Source: Squalus acanthias (lineage: Eukaryota). From it: a stretch of DNA of 64,000 bases. Shown here in pieces: positions 37,001-50,100 of the stretch. Location of the stretch: positions 1-64,000 of the forward strand of contig JASTWF010000349.1 in the NCBI GenBank assembly GCA_030390025.1, given 5' to 3'. Made by a program: the position numbers and the translations under genes. Under the pieces are notes generated by a model, which saw only the letters and a program-made list of their open reading frames with translations, was not told the origin of the DNA and ran no database searches. Each line of letters begins with the position of its first letter. Position 1 is the stretch's first letter.

Positions 37001-40000
37001 CTGGGAGGAGGGTCTGGTTTCACAGTCACTGTCCCCACACTGACCCGTCTCTGGGAAGAGGGTCTGGTTTCACAGTAACTGTCCTCACACTGACCCGTCT
37101 CTGGGAGGAGGGTCTGGTTTCACAGTAACTGTCCTCACACTGACCCGTCTCTTGGAGGAGGGTCTGGTTTCACAGTCACTGTCCCCACACTGACCCGTCT
37201 CTGGGAGGAGGCTCTGGTTTCACAGTAACTGTCGTCACACTGACCCGTCTCTGGGACGGTCTGGTTTCACAGTAACTGTCCTCACACTGACCCGTCTCTG
37301 GGAGGAGGCTCTGGTTTCACAGTAACTGTCGTCACACTGACCCGTCTCTGGGAGGAGGGTCTGGTTTCACAGTAACTGTCCCTACACTGACCCGTCTCTG
37401 GGAGGAGGGTCTGGTTTCACAGTAACTGTCCCCACACTGACCCGTCTCTGGGAGGTTCTGGTTTCACAGTAACTGTCCCCACGCTGACCCGTCTCTGGGA
37501 GGAGGGTCTGGTTTCACAGTAACTGTCCCCACACTGACCTGTCTCTGGGAGGAGGGTCTGGTTTCACAGTAACTGTCCCCACACTGACCCGTCTCTGGGA
37601 GGAGGGTCTGGTTCCACAGTAACTGTCCTCACACTGACCCGTCTCTGGGAGGGTCTGGTTTCACAGTAACTGTCCTCACACTGACCCGTCTCTGGGAGGA
37701 GGGTCTGGTTTCACAGTAACTGTCCCCACACTGACCCGTCTCTGGGAGGATGGTCTGGTTTCACAGTAACTGTCCCCACACTGACCCGTCTCTGGGAGGA
37801 GGGTCTGGTTTCACAGAAACTGTCCTCACACTGACCCGTCTCTGGGAGGAGGGTCTGGTTTCACAGTAACTGTCCCCACACTGACCCGTCTCTGGGAGGA
37901 TGGTCTGGTTTCACAGTAACTGTCCCCACACTGACCCGTCTCTGGGAGGAGGGTCTGGTTTCACAGTAACTGTCCCCACGCTGACCCGTCTCTGGGAGGA
38001 GGGTCTGGTTTCACAGTAACTGTCCTCACACTGACCCGTCTCTTGGAGGAGGGTCTGGTTTCACAGTCACTGTCGCCACACTGACCCGTCTCTGGGAGGA
38101 GGGTCTGGTTTCACAGTAACTGTCCTCACACTGACCCGTCTCTTGGAGGAGGGTCTGTTTTCACAGTCACTGTCCTCACACTGACCCGTCTCTGGGAGGA
38201 GGGTCTGGTTTCACAGTAACTGTCCCCACACTGACCCGTCTCTGGGAGGAGGGTCTGGTTTCACAGTAACTGTCCTCACACTGACCCGTCTCTTGGAGGA
38301 GGGTCTGGTTTCACAGTCACTGTCCTCACACTGACCCGTCTCTTGGAGGAGGGTCTGTTTTCACAGTCACTGTCCTCACACTGACCCGTCTCTGGGATGG
38401 TCTGGTTTCACAGTAACTGTCCCCACACTGACCCGTCTCTGGGAGGAGGGTCTGGTTTCACATTAACTGTCCTCACACTGACCCATCTCTGGGAGGAGGG
38501 TCTGGTTTCACAGTAACTGTCCCCACACTGACCTGTCTCTGGGAGGAGGGTCTGGTTTCACAGTAACTGTCCCCACACTGACCCGTCTCCTGGAGGGTCT
38601 GGTTTCACAGTAACTGTCCCCACATTGACCCGTCTCTGGGAGGGTCTGGTTTCACAGTAACTGTCCTCACACTGACCCGTCTCTGGGAGGAGGGTCTGGT
38701 TTCACAGTAACTGTCCCCACATTGACCCGTCTCTGGGAGGGTCTGGTTTCACAGCAAATGTCCTCACACTGACCCGTCTCTGGGAGGAGGGTCTGGTTTC
38801 ACAGTAAATGTCCCCACACTGACCCGTCTCTGGGAGGGTCTGGTTTCACAGTAACTGTCCTCACACTGACCCGTCTCTGGGAGGAGGGTCTGGTTTCACA
38901 TTAACTGTCCTCACACTGACCCGTCTCTGGGAGGAGGGTCTGGTTTCACAGTCACTGTCCCCACACTGACCCGTCTCTGGGAGGAGGGTCTGGTTTCACA
39001 GTAACTGTCCCCACACTGACCCGTCTCTGGGAGGAGGGCCTGGTTTCACAGTAACTGTCCCCACACTGACCCGTCTCTTGGAGGGTCTGGTTTCACAGTA
39101 ACTGTCCCCACACTGACCCGTCTCTGGGAGGAGGGTCTGGTTTCACAGTAACTGTCCCCACACTGACCCGTCTCTGGAGGAGGGCCTGGTTTCACAGTAA
39201 CTGTCCCCACACTGACCCGTCTCTTGGAGGGTCTGGTTTCACAGTAACTGTCCTCACACTGACCCGTCTCTGGGAGGAGGGTCTGGTTTCACAGTAACTG
39301 TCCCCACACTGACCCGTCTCTGGGAGGAGGGCCTGGTTTCACAGTAACTGTCCCCACACTGACCCGTCTCTTGGAGGGTCTGGTTTCACAGTAACTGTCC
39401 TCACACTGACCCGTCTCTGGGAGGGTCTGGTTTCACAGTAACTGTCCTCACACTGACCCGTCTCTGGGAGGGTCTGGTTTCACAGTAACTGTCCCCACAC
39501 TGACCCGTCTCTGGGAGGAGGGTCTGGTTTCACAGTAACTGTCCTCACACTGACCCGTCTCTGGGAGGAGGGTCTGGTTTCACAGTAACTGTCCCCACAC
39601 TGACCCGTCTCCTGGAGGGTCTGGTTTCACAGTAACTGTCCCCACACTGACCCGTCTCTGGGAGGGTCTGGTTTCACAGTAACTGTCCCCACACTGACCC
39701 GTCTCTGGGAGGGTCTGGTTTCACAGTAACTGTCCTCACACTGACCTGTCTCTGGGAGGGTCTGGTTTCACAGTAACTGTCCCCACACTGACCCGTCTCT
39801 GGGAGGGTCTGGTTTCACAGTAACTGTCCTCACACTGACCCGTCTCTGGGAGGAGGGTCTGGTTTCACAGTAACTGTCCTCACACTGACCCGTGTCTGGG
39901 AGGGTCTGGTTTCACAGTAACTGTCCCCGCACTGACCCGTCTCTGGGAGGAGGGTCTGGTTTCATAGTCACTGTCCTCACATTGACCCGTCTCTGGGAGG

Positions 40001-43000
40001 AGGGTCTGGTTTCACAGTAACTGTCCCCACACTGACCCGTCTCTGGCAGGGTCTGGTTCCACAGTAACTGTCCCCACACTGACCCGTCTCTGGGAGGAGG
40101 GTCTGGTTTCACATTAACTGTCTTCACACTGACCCGTCTCTGGGAGGAGGGTCTGGTTTCACAGTAACTGTCCCCACACTGACCCGTCTCTGGGAGGAGG
40201 GTCTGGTTTCACAGTAACTGTCCTCACACTGACCCGTCTCTGGGAGGAGGGTCTGGTTTCACAGTAACTGTCCTCACATTGACCCGTCTCTGGGAGGAGG
40301 GTCTGGTTTCACAGTAACTGTCCCCACACTGACCCGTCTCTGGGAGGAGGGTCTGGTTTCACATTAACTGTCTCACACTGACCCGTCTCTGAGAGGAGGG
40401 TCTGGTTTCACAGTAACTGTCTCCACACTGACCCGTCTCTGGGAGGAGGGTCTGGTTTCACAGTAACTGTCCCCACACTGACCCGTCTCTGGGAGGAGGG
40501 TCTGGTTTCACAGTAACTGTCCCCGCACTGACCCGTCTCTGGGAGGAGGGTCTGGTTTCACAGTAACTGTCCCCACACTGACCCGTCTCTGGCAGGGTCT
40601 GGTTCCACAGTAACTGTCCCCACACTGACCCGTCTCTGGGAGGGTCTGGTTTCACAGTCACTGTCCTCACACTGACCCGTCTCTGGGAGGAGGGTCTGGT
40701 TTCACAGTAACTGTCCCCACACTGACCCGTCTCTGGGAGGGTCTGGTTTCACAGTAACTGTCCTCACACTGACCCGTCTCTGGGAGGAGGGTCTGGTTTC
40801 ACAGTAACTGTCCTCACACTGACCGGTCTCTGGGAGGGTCTGGTTTCACAGTAACTGTCCCCACACTGACCCGTCTCTGGCAGGGTCTGGTTCCACAGTA
40901 ACTGTCCCCACACTGACCCGTCTCTGGGAGGGTCTGGTTTCACAGTCACTGTCCTCACACTGACCCGTCTCTGGGAGGAGGGTCTGGTTTCACAGTAACT
41001 GTCCCCACACTGACCCGTCTCTGGGAGGGTCTGGTTTCACAGTAACTGTCCCCACACTGACCCGTCTCTGGGAGGAGGGTCTGGTTTCACAGTAACTGTC
41101 CTCACACTGACCCGTCTCTGGGAGGGTCTGGTTTCACAGTAACTGTCCTCACACTGACCCGTCTCTTGGAGGAGGGTCTGGTTTCACAGTAACTGTCCCC
41201 ACACTGACCCGTCTCTGGGATGGTCTGGTTTCACAGTAACTGTCCCCACACTGACCCATCTCTGGGAGGAGGGTCTGGTTTCACAGTAACTGTCCCCACA
41301 CTGACCCGTCTCTGGGAGGAGGGTCTGGTTTCACAGTAACTGTCCCCACACTGACCCGTCTCTGGGAGGAGGGTCTGGTTTCACAGTAACTGTCCCCACA
41401 CTGACCCGTCTCTGGGAGGGTCTGGTTTCACAGTCACTGTCCTCACACTGACCCGTCTCTGGGAGGAGGGTCTGGTTTCGCAGTAACTGTCCTCACATTG
41501 ACCCGTCTCTGGGAGGAGGGTCTGGTTTCACAGCAAATGTCCTCACACTGACCCGTCTCTGGGAGGAGGGTCTGGTTTCACAGTAAATGTCCCCACACTG
41601 ACCCGTCTCTGGGAGGAGGGTCTGGTTTCACATTAACTGTCCCCACACTGACCCGTCTCTGGGAGGGTCTGGTTTCACAGTAACTGTCCTCACACTGACC
41701 CGTCTCTGGGAGGACGGTCTGGTTTCACAGTCACTGTCCCCACACTGACCCGTCTCTGGGAGGAGGGCCTGGTTTCACAGTAACTGTCCCCACACTGACC
41801 CGTCTCTTGGAGGGTCTGGTTTCACAGTAACTGTCCTCACACTGACCCGTCTCTGGGAGGAGGGTCTGGTTTCACAGCAAATGTCCTCACATTGACCCGT
41901 CTCTGGGAGGAGGGTCTGGTTTCACAGTAACTGTCCTCACATTGACCCGTCTCTGGGAGGAGGGTCTGGTTTCACAGCAAATGTCCTCACACTGACCCGT
42001 CTCTGGGAGGTGGGTCTGGTTTCACATTAACTGTCCCCACACTGACCCTTCTCTGGGAGGAGGGTCTGGTTTCACAGTAACTGTCCCCACACTGACCCGT
42101 CTCTGGGAGGTGGGTCTGGTTTCACATTAACTGTCCCCACACTGACCCTTCTCTGGGAGGAGGGTCTGGTTTCACAGTAACTGTCCCCACACTGACCCGT
42201 CTCTGGGAGGAGGGTCTGGTTTCACAGTAAATGTCCCCACACTGACCCGTCTCTGGGAGGAGGGTCTGGTTTCACATTAACTGTCCTCACACTGACCCGT
42301 CTCTGGGAGGACGGTCTGGTTTCACAGTCACTGTCCCCACACTGACCCGTCTCTTGGAGGGTCTGGTTTCACAGTAACTGTCCTCACACTGACCCGTCTC
42401 TGGGAGGAGGGTCTGGTTTCACAGTAACTGTCCTCACACTGACCCGTCTCTGGGAGGGTCTGGTTTCACAGTCACTGTCCCCACACTGACCCGTCTCTGG
42501 GAGGAGGGTCTGGTTTCACAGTAACTGTCCTCACACTGACCCGTCTCTTGGAGGGTCTGGTTTCACAGTAACTGTCCTCACACTGACCCGTCTCTGGGAG
42601 GAGGGTCTGGTTTCACAGTAACTGTCCCCACACTGACCCGTCTCTTGGAGGGTCTGGTTTCACAGTAACTGTCCTCACACTGACCCGTCTCTGGGAGGAG
42701 GGTCTGGTTTCACAGTAACTGTCCCCACACTGACCCGTCTCTTGGAGGGTCTGGTTTCACAGTAACTGTCCTCACACTGACCCGTCTCTGGGAGGAGGGT
42801 CTGGTTTCACAGTAACTGTCCTCACACTGACCCGTCTCTGGGAGGGTCTGGTTTCACAGTAACTGTCCCCACACTGACCCGTCTCTGGGAGGGTCTGGTT
42901 TCACAGTAACTGTCCTCACACTGACCCGTCTCTGGGAGGGTCTGGTTTCACAGTAACTGTCCCCACACTGACCCGTCTCTGGGAGGGTCTGGTTTCACAG

Positions 43001-46000
43001 TAACTGTCCCCACATTGACCCGTCTCTGGGAGGGTCTGGTTTCACAGTAACTGTCCTCACACTGACCCGTCTCTGGGAGGAGGGTCTGGTTTCACAGTAA
43101 CTGTCCTCACACTGACCCGTGTCTGGGAGGGTCTGGTTTCACAGTAACTGTCCCCACACTGACCCGTCTCTGGGAGGAGGGTCTGGTTTCACAGTAACTG
43201 TCCCCACACTGACTCGTCTCTGGGAGGAGGGTCTGGTTTCACAGTAACTGTCCCCACACTGACCCGTCTCTGGGAGGAGGGTCTGGTTTCACAGTAACTG
43301 TCCTCACATTGACCCGTCTCTGGGAGGGTCTGGTTTCACAGTAACTGTCCTCACACTGACCCGTCTCTGGGAGGGTCTGGTTTCACAGTAACTGTCCCCA
43401 CATTGACCCGTCTCTGGGAGGGTCTGGTTTCACAGTCACTGTCCCCACATTGACCCGTCTCTGGGAGGGTCTGGTTTCACAGTAACTGTCCTCACACTGA
43501 CCCGTCTCTGGGAGGAGGGTCTGGTTTCACAGTAACAGTCCCCACATTGACCCGTCTCTGGGAGGAGGGTCTGGTTTCACAGTCACTGTCCTCACACTGA
43601 CCCGTCTCTTGGAGGAGGGTCTGGTTTCACAGTAACTGTCCTCACACTGACCCGTCTCTGGGAGGAGGGTCTGGTTTCACATTAACTGTCTTCACACTGA
43701 CCCGTCTCTGGGAGGAGGGTCTGGTTTCACAGTAACTGTCCCCACACTGACCCGTCTCTGGGAGGAGGGTCTGGTTTCACAGTAACTGTCCTCACACTGA
43801 CCCGTCTCTGGGAGGAGGGTCTGGTTTCACAGCAACTGTCCCCACACTGACCCGTCTCTGGGAGGGTCTGGTTTCACAGTAACTGTCCTCACACTGACCC
43901 GTCTCTGGGAGGGTCTGGTTTCACAGTAACTGTCCTCACACTGACCCGTCTCTGGGAGGAGGGTCTGGTTTCACAGTAACTGTCCCCACACTGACCCGTC
44001 TCTGGGAGGAGGGTCTGGTTTCACAGCAACTGTCCTCACACTGACCCGTCTCTGGGAGGAGGGTCTGGTTTCACAGTAACTGTCCCCACACTGACCCGTC
44101 TCTGGGAGGAGGGTCTGGTTTCACAGTAACTGTCCCCACACTGACCCATCTCTGGGAGGGTCTGGTTTCACAGTAACTGTCCTCACATTGACCCGTCTCT
44201 GGGAGGAGGGTCTGGTTTCACAGCAACTGTCCCCACACTGACCCGTCTCTGGGAGGGTCTGGTTTCACAGTAACTGTCCTCACACTGACCCGTCTCTGGG
44301 AGGGTCTGGTTTCACAGTAACTGTCCTCACACTGACCCGTGTCTGGGAGGGTCTGGTTTCACAGTAACTGTCCTCACATTGACCCGTCTCTGGGAGGAGG
44401 GTCTGGTTTCACAGCAACTGTCCCCACACTGACCCGTCTCTGGGAGGAGGGTCTGGTTTCACAGTAACTGTCCCCACACTGACCCGTCTCTGGGAGGAGG
44501 GTCTGGTTTCACAGTAACTGTCCCCACACTGACCCGTCTCTGGGAGGAGGGTCTGGTTTCACAGTAACTGTCCCCACACTGACCCGTCTCTGGGAGGAGG
44601 GTCTGGTTTCACAGTAACTGTCCCCACACTGACCCGTCTCTGGGAGGAGGGTCTGGTTTCACAGCAACTGTCCTCACACTGACCCGTCTCTGGGAGGAGG
44701 GTCTGGTTTCACAGTAACTGTCCCCACACTGACCCGTCTCTGGGAGGAGGGTCTGGTTTCACAGTAACTGTCCCCACACTGACCCGTCTCTGGGAGGGTC
44801 TGGTTTCACAGTCACTGTCCCCACACTGACCCGTCTCTGGGAGGAGGGTCTGGTTTCACAGTCACTGTCCCCACACTGACCCGTGTCTGGGAGGAGGGTC
44901 TGGTTTCACAGTAACTGTCCTCACACTGACCCGTCTCTGGGAGGAGGGTCTGGTTTCACAGTCACTGTCCTCACACTGACCCGTGTCTGGGAGGAGGGTC
45001 TGGTTTCACAGTAACTGTCCTCACACTGACCCGTCTCTGGGAGGGTCTGGTTTCACAGTAACTGTCCCCACACTGACCCGTCTCTGGGAGGAGGGTCTGG
45101 TTTCACAGTCACTGTCCCCACACTGACCCGTGTCTGGGAGGAGGGTCTGGTTTCACAGTAACTGTCCCCACACTGACCCGTCTCTGGGAGGAGGGTCTGG
45201 TTTCACAGTAACTGTCCTCACACTGACCCGTCTCTGGGAGGAGGGTCTGGTTTCACAGTAACTGTCCCCGCACTGACCCGTCTCTGGGAGGAGGGTCTGG
45301 TTTCACAGTAACTGTCCTCACACTGACCCGTCTCTGGGAGGAGGGTCTGGTTTCACAGTAACTGTCCTCACACTGACCCGTCTCTGGGAGGGTCTGGTTT
45401 CACAGTAACTGTCCCCACACTGACCCGTCTCTGGGAGGAGGGTCTGGTTTCACAGTAACTGTCCCCGCACTGACCCGTCTCTGGGAGGGTCTGGTTTCAC
45501 AGTAACTGTCCTCACACTGACCCGTCTCTGGGAGGGTCTGGTTTCACAGTAACTGTCCCCACACTGCCCCGTCTCTTGGAGGAGGGTCTGGTTTCACATT
45601 AACTGTCCTCACACTGACCCGTCTCTTGGAGGAGGGTCTGGTTTCACAGTCACTGTCCTCACACTGACCCGTCTCTGGGAGGGTCTGGTTTCACAGTAAC
45701 TGTCCCCACACTGACCCGTCTCTTGGAGGAGGGTCTGGTTTCACAGTAACTGTCCTCACACTGACCCGTCTCTGGGAGGAGGGTCTGGTTTCACAGTCAC
45801 TGTCCTCACACTGACCCGTCTCTTGGAGGAGGGTCTGGTTTCACAGTCACTGTCCCCACACTGACCCGTCTCTGGGAGGAGGGTCTGGTTTCACAGTCAC
45901 TGTCCTCACACTGACCCATCTCTTGGAGGAGGGTCTGGTTTCACAGTCACTGTCCCCACACTGACCCGTCTCTGGGAGGAGGGTCTGGTTTCACAGTAAC

Positions 46001-46806
46001 TGTCCTCACACTGACCCGTCTCTGGGAGGAGGGTCTGGTTTCACAGTCACTGTCCTCACACTGACCCGTCTCTTGGAGGAGGGTCTGGTTTCACAGTCAC
46101 TGTCCCCACACTGACCCGTCTCTGGGAGGAGGGTCTGGTTTCACAGTAACTGTCCCCACACTGACCCGTCTCTGGGAGGGTCTGGTTTCACAGTAACTGT
46201 CCTCACACTGACCCGTCTCTGGGAGGAGGGTCTGGTTTCACAGTAACTGTCCACACACTGACCCGTCTCTGGGAGGAGGGTCTGGTTTCACAGTAACTGT
46301 CCTCACACTGACCCGTGTCTGGGAGGGTCTGGTTTCACAGTAACTGTCCCCACACTGACCCGTCTCTGGGAGGGTCTGGTTTCACAGTAACTGTCGCCAC
46401 ACTGACCCGTCTCTGGGAGGAGGGTCTGGTTTCACAGTAACTGTCCCCACACTGACCCGTCTCTGGGAGGAGGGTCTGGTTTCACAGTAACTGTCCCCAC
46501 ACTGACCCGTCTCTGGGTGGGTCTGGTTTCACAGTAACTGTCCCCACACTGACCCGTCTCTGGGAGGGTCTGGTTTCACAGTAACTGTCCTCACACTGAC
46601 CCGTCTCTGGGAGGTGGGTCTGGTTTCACAGTAACTGTCCTCACACTGACCCGTCTCTGGGAGGAGGGTCTGGTTTCACAGTCACTGTCCCCACACTGAC
46701 CCGTCTCTGGGAGGAGGGTCTGGTTTCACAGTCACTGTCCCCACACTGACCCGTCTCTGGGAGCGTCTGGTTTCACAGTAACTGTCCCCTCACTGACCCG
46801 TCTCTG
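22022..46806. repeat. Intronic satellite, 47/50-bp unit gtccycacactgacccgtctctgg(gag)gagggtctggtttcacagtaact, ~500 copies
   Basis: A continuous tandem array occupies ~24.8 kb of the 25,003-bp intron 21953-46955. Confidence 0.98.
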
Positions 46807-46955
46807 ACTGGGACGATACATTATACAATTCTTGTCTGAGTGCTGTCACTCAATAACTATGTATTTAGCTGCCTGTATTCTTACTGTGCTAGTGTGAGCT
46901 CCTGTCTTAACCTCCTGTTCCTTTTACCCTGCCGAAAACTTTGTTCTTTTTGCAG

Positions 46956-47047
46956 GCGTGCTCCTGAAAGAGATCATCAAAAATATTAATCAAGCGATAA
47001 ATGCATCTTCTCCCACTCCCCGTCTCAAAATGATCATGTATTCAGCG
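46956..47047 (+). CDS. Acid phosphatase coding exon (exon 8 equivalent); ends just before the catalytic HD motif
   Basis: ttctttttgcag|...|gtgagt; 92 nt; the phase 1 start matches the previous exon; (G)VLLKEIIKNINQAINASSPTPRLKMIMYSA. Confidence 0.93.
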
Positions 47048-47134
47048 GTGAGTCCTCCTATTGTGTCCTGTAAATTGAGGGTATTTTCATATAAACAATT
47101 GAGAGTATTGAATACAATCGATTGATAGGATTGA

Positions 47135-50100
47135 TTGCAAACGATCAATAGTATGACGATCAACAGTGTTCGATACCCCACGATCGACAGTATTAAATAC
47201 ACCACGATCGACGGTATTAAATACACCACGATCGACGGTATTAAATACTCCACGATCGACAGTGTTCGATACCCCACGATCGACAGTATTAAATACCCCA
47301 CGATCGACAGTATTAAATACCCCACGATCGACAGTATTAAATACCCCACGATCGACAGTATTAAATACACCACGATCGACGGTGTTAAATACACCACGAT
47401 CGACGGTGTTAAATACACCACGATCGACGGTATTAAATACCCCACGATCGACAGTATTAAATACACCACGATCGACGGTGTTAAATACACCACGATCGAC
47501 GGTGTTAAATACACCACGATCGACGGTGTTAAATACACCACGATCGACGGTATTAAATACCCCACGGTCGACGGTTTTAAATACCCCACGATCGACAGTA
47601 TTAAATACACCACGATCGACGGTATTAAATACCCCACGATCGACAGTATTAAATACCCCACGATCGACGGTATTAAATACCCCACGATCGATGGTATTAA
47701 ATACCCCACGATCGACGATATTCAATACCCCACGATCGACGGTATTCAATACCCCACGATCGACAGTATTACATACACCACGATCGACAGTATTAAATAC
47801 ACCACGATCGACAGTGTTCAGTACACCACGATCGACAATATTAAATACCCCACCATCGACGGTATTAAATACACCACGATCGACAATATTCAATACACCA
47901 CGATCGACAGTATTCAATACACCACAATCGATGGTATTAAATACACCGCGATCGACGGTATTAAATACACCACAATCGACGGTATTAAATACACCGCGAT
48001 CGACGGTATTAAATACACCACAATCGATGGTATTAAATACACCACGATCGACAGTATTATATACCCCATGGTCGACGGTATTAAATACACCACGATCGAC
48101 AGTATTAAATACACCACGATCGACAGTATTAAATACACCACGATCGACAGTATTAAATACACCACGATTGACAGTATTAAATACTGCACAATCGACGGTA
48201 TTCAATAACCCACGATCGACAGTATTAAATACACCACGATCGATGGTATTAAATACACCACGATCGACGGTATTAAATACACCAAGATCGATAGTATTAA
48301 ATACACCACGATCGACGGTATTAAATACACCACGATCGACGGTATTAAATAGACCACGATCGACAGTATTAAATACACCACGATCGACAATACTAAATAC
48401 CCCACGATCGACAGTATTAAATACACCGCGAACGACAGTATTCAATACCCTACGATCGACAGTATTAAATACACCACGATCGACAGTATTCAATACCCCA
48501 CGATCGACAGTATTAAATACCCCACGATCGACTGTATTAAATATCCCACGATCGACAGTATTAAATACACCACGATCGACAGTATTCAATACACCACGAT
48601 CGACAGTATTAAATACCCCACGATCGACTGTATTAAATATCCCACGATCGACAGTATTCAATACACCACGATCGACAGTATTAAATACCCCACGATCGAC
48701 TGTATTAAATATCCCACGATCAATAGTATTAAATATCCCACGATCGACGGTATTAAATACACTGCGATTGACCGTATTCAATACCCCATGATCGACAGTA
48801 TTAAATACCCCACGATCGACAGTATTAAATACCCCACGATCGACGGTATTCAATACCCCACGATCGACGGTATTAAATACCCCACGATCGATGGTATTAA
48901 ATACACCACGATCGACAATATTAAATACCCCTCGATCGACGGTATTAAATACACCACGATCGACAGTATTAAATACCCCACGATCGACTGTATTAAATAT
49001 CCCACGATCGACAGTATTCAATACACCACGATCGACAGTATTAAATACCCCACGATCGACTGTATTAAATATCCCACGATCAATAGTATTAAATATCCCA
49101 CGATCGACGGTATTAAATACACTGCGATTGACCGTATTCAATACCCCATGATCGACGGTATTAAATACACCGCGATCGACGGTATTAAATACACCACGAT
49201 CGACGGTATTAAATACACCACGATCGACAGTATTATATACCCCATGGTCGACGGTATTAAATACACCACGATCGACAGTATTAAATACACCACGATCGAC
49301 AGTATTAAATACACCACGATCGACAGTATTCAATACCCCACGATCGACAGTATTCAATACCCCACGATCGACAGTATTAAATACCCCACGATCGACTGTA
49401 TTAAATATCCCACGATCGACAGTATTAAATACACCACGATCGACAGTATTCAATACACCACGATCGACAGTATTAAATACCCCACGATCGACTGTATTAA
49501 ATATCCCACGATCGACAGTATTAAATACACCACGATCGACGGTATTAAATACACCACGATCGACGGTATTAAATAGACCACGATCGACAGTATTAAATAC
49601 ACCACGATCGACAATACTAAATACCCCACGATCGGCAGTATTAAATACACCGCGAACGACAGTATTCAATACCCTACGATCGACAGTATTAAATACACCA
49701 CGATCGACAGTATTCAATACTCCACGATCGACAGTATTAAATACACCACGATCGACAGTATTCAATACACCACGATCAACAGTATTAAATACCCCACGAT
49801 CGACTGTATTAAATATCCCACGATCGACAGTATTAAATACACCACGATCGACGGTATTAAATACCCCACGATCGACAGTATTAAATACCCCACGATCGAC
49901 AGTATTAAATACCCCACGATCAATAGTATTAAATATCCCACGATCGACGGTATTAAATACACTGCGATTGACCGTATTCAATACCCCATGATCGACAGTA
50001 TTAAATACCCCACGATCGACAGTATTAAATACCCCACGATCGACGGTATTCAATACACCACGATCGACAGTATTCAATACCCCACGATCGACGGTATTAA

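Noticed and set aside
22022..46806. V(D)J recombination signal sequences (cacagta resembles the CACAGTG heptamer)
   Set aside because: No ACAAAAACC-like nonamer lies at 12 or 23 bp spacing, and there are no Ig or TCR segments.
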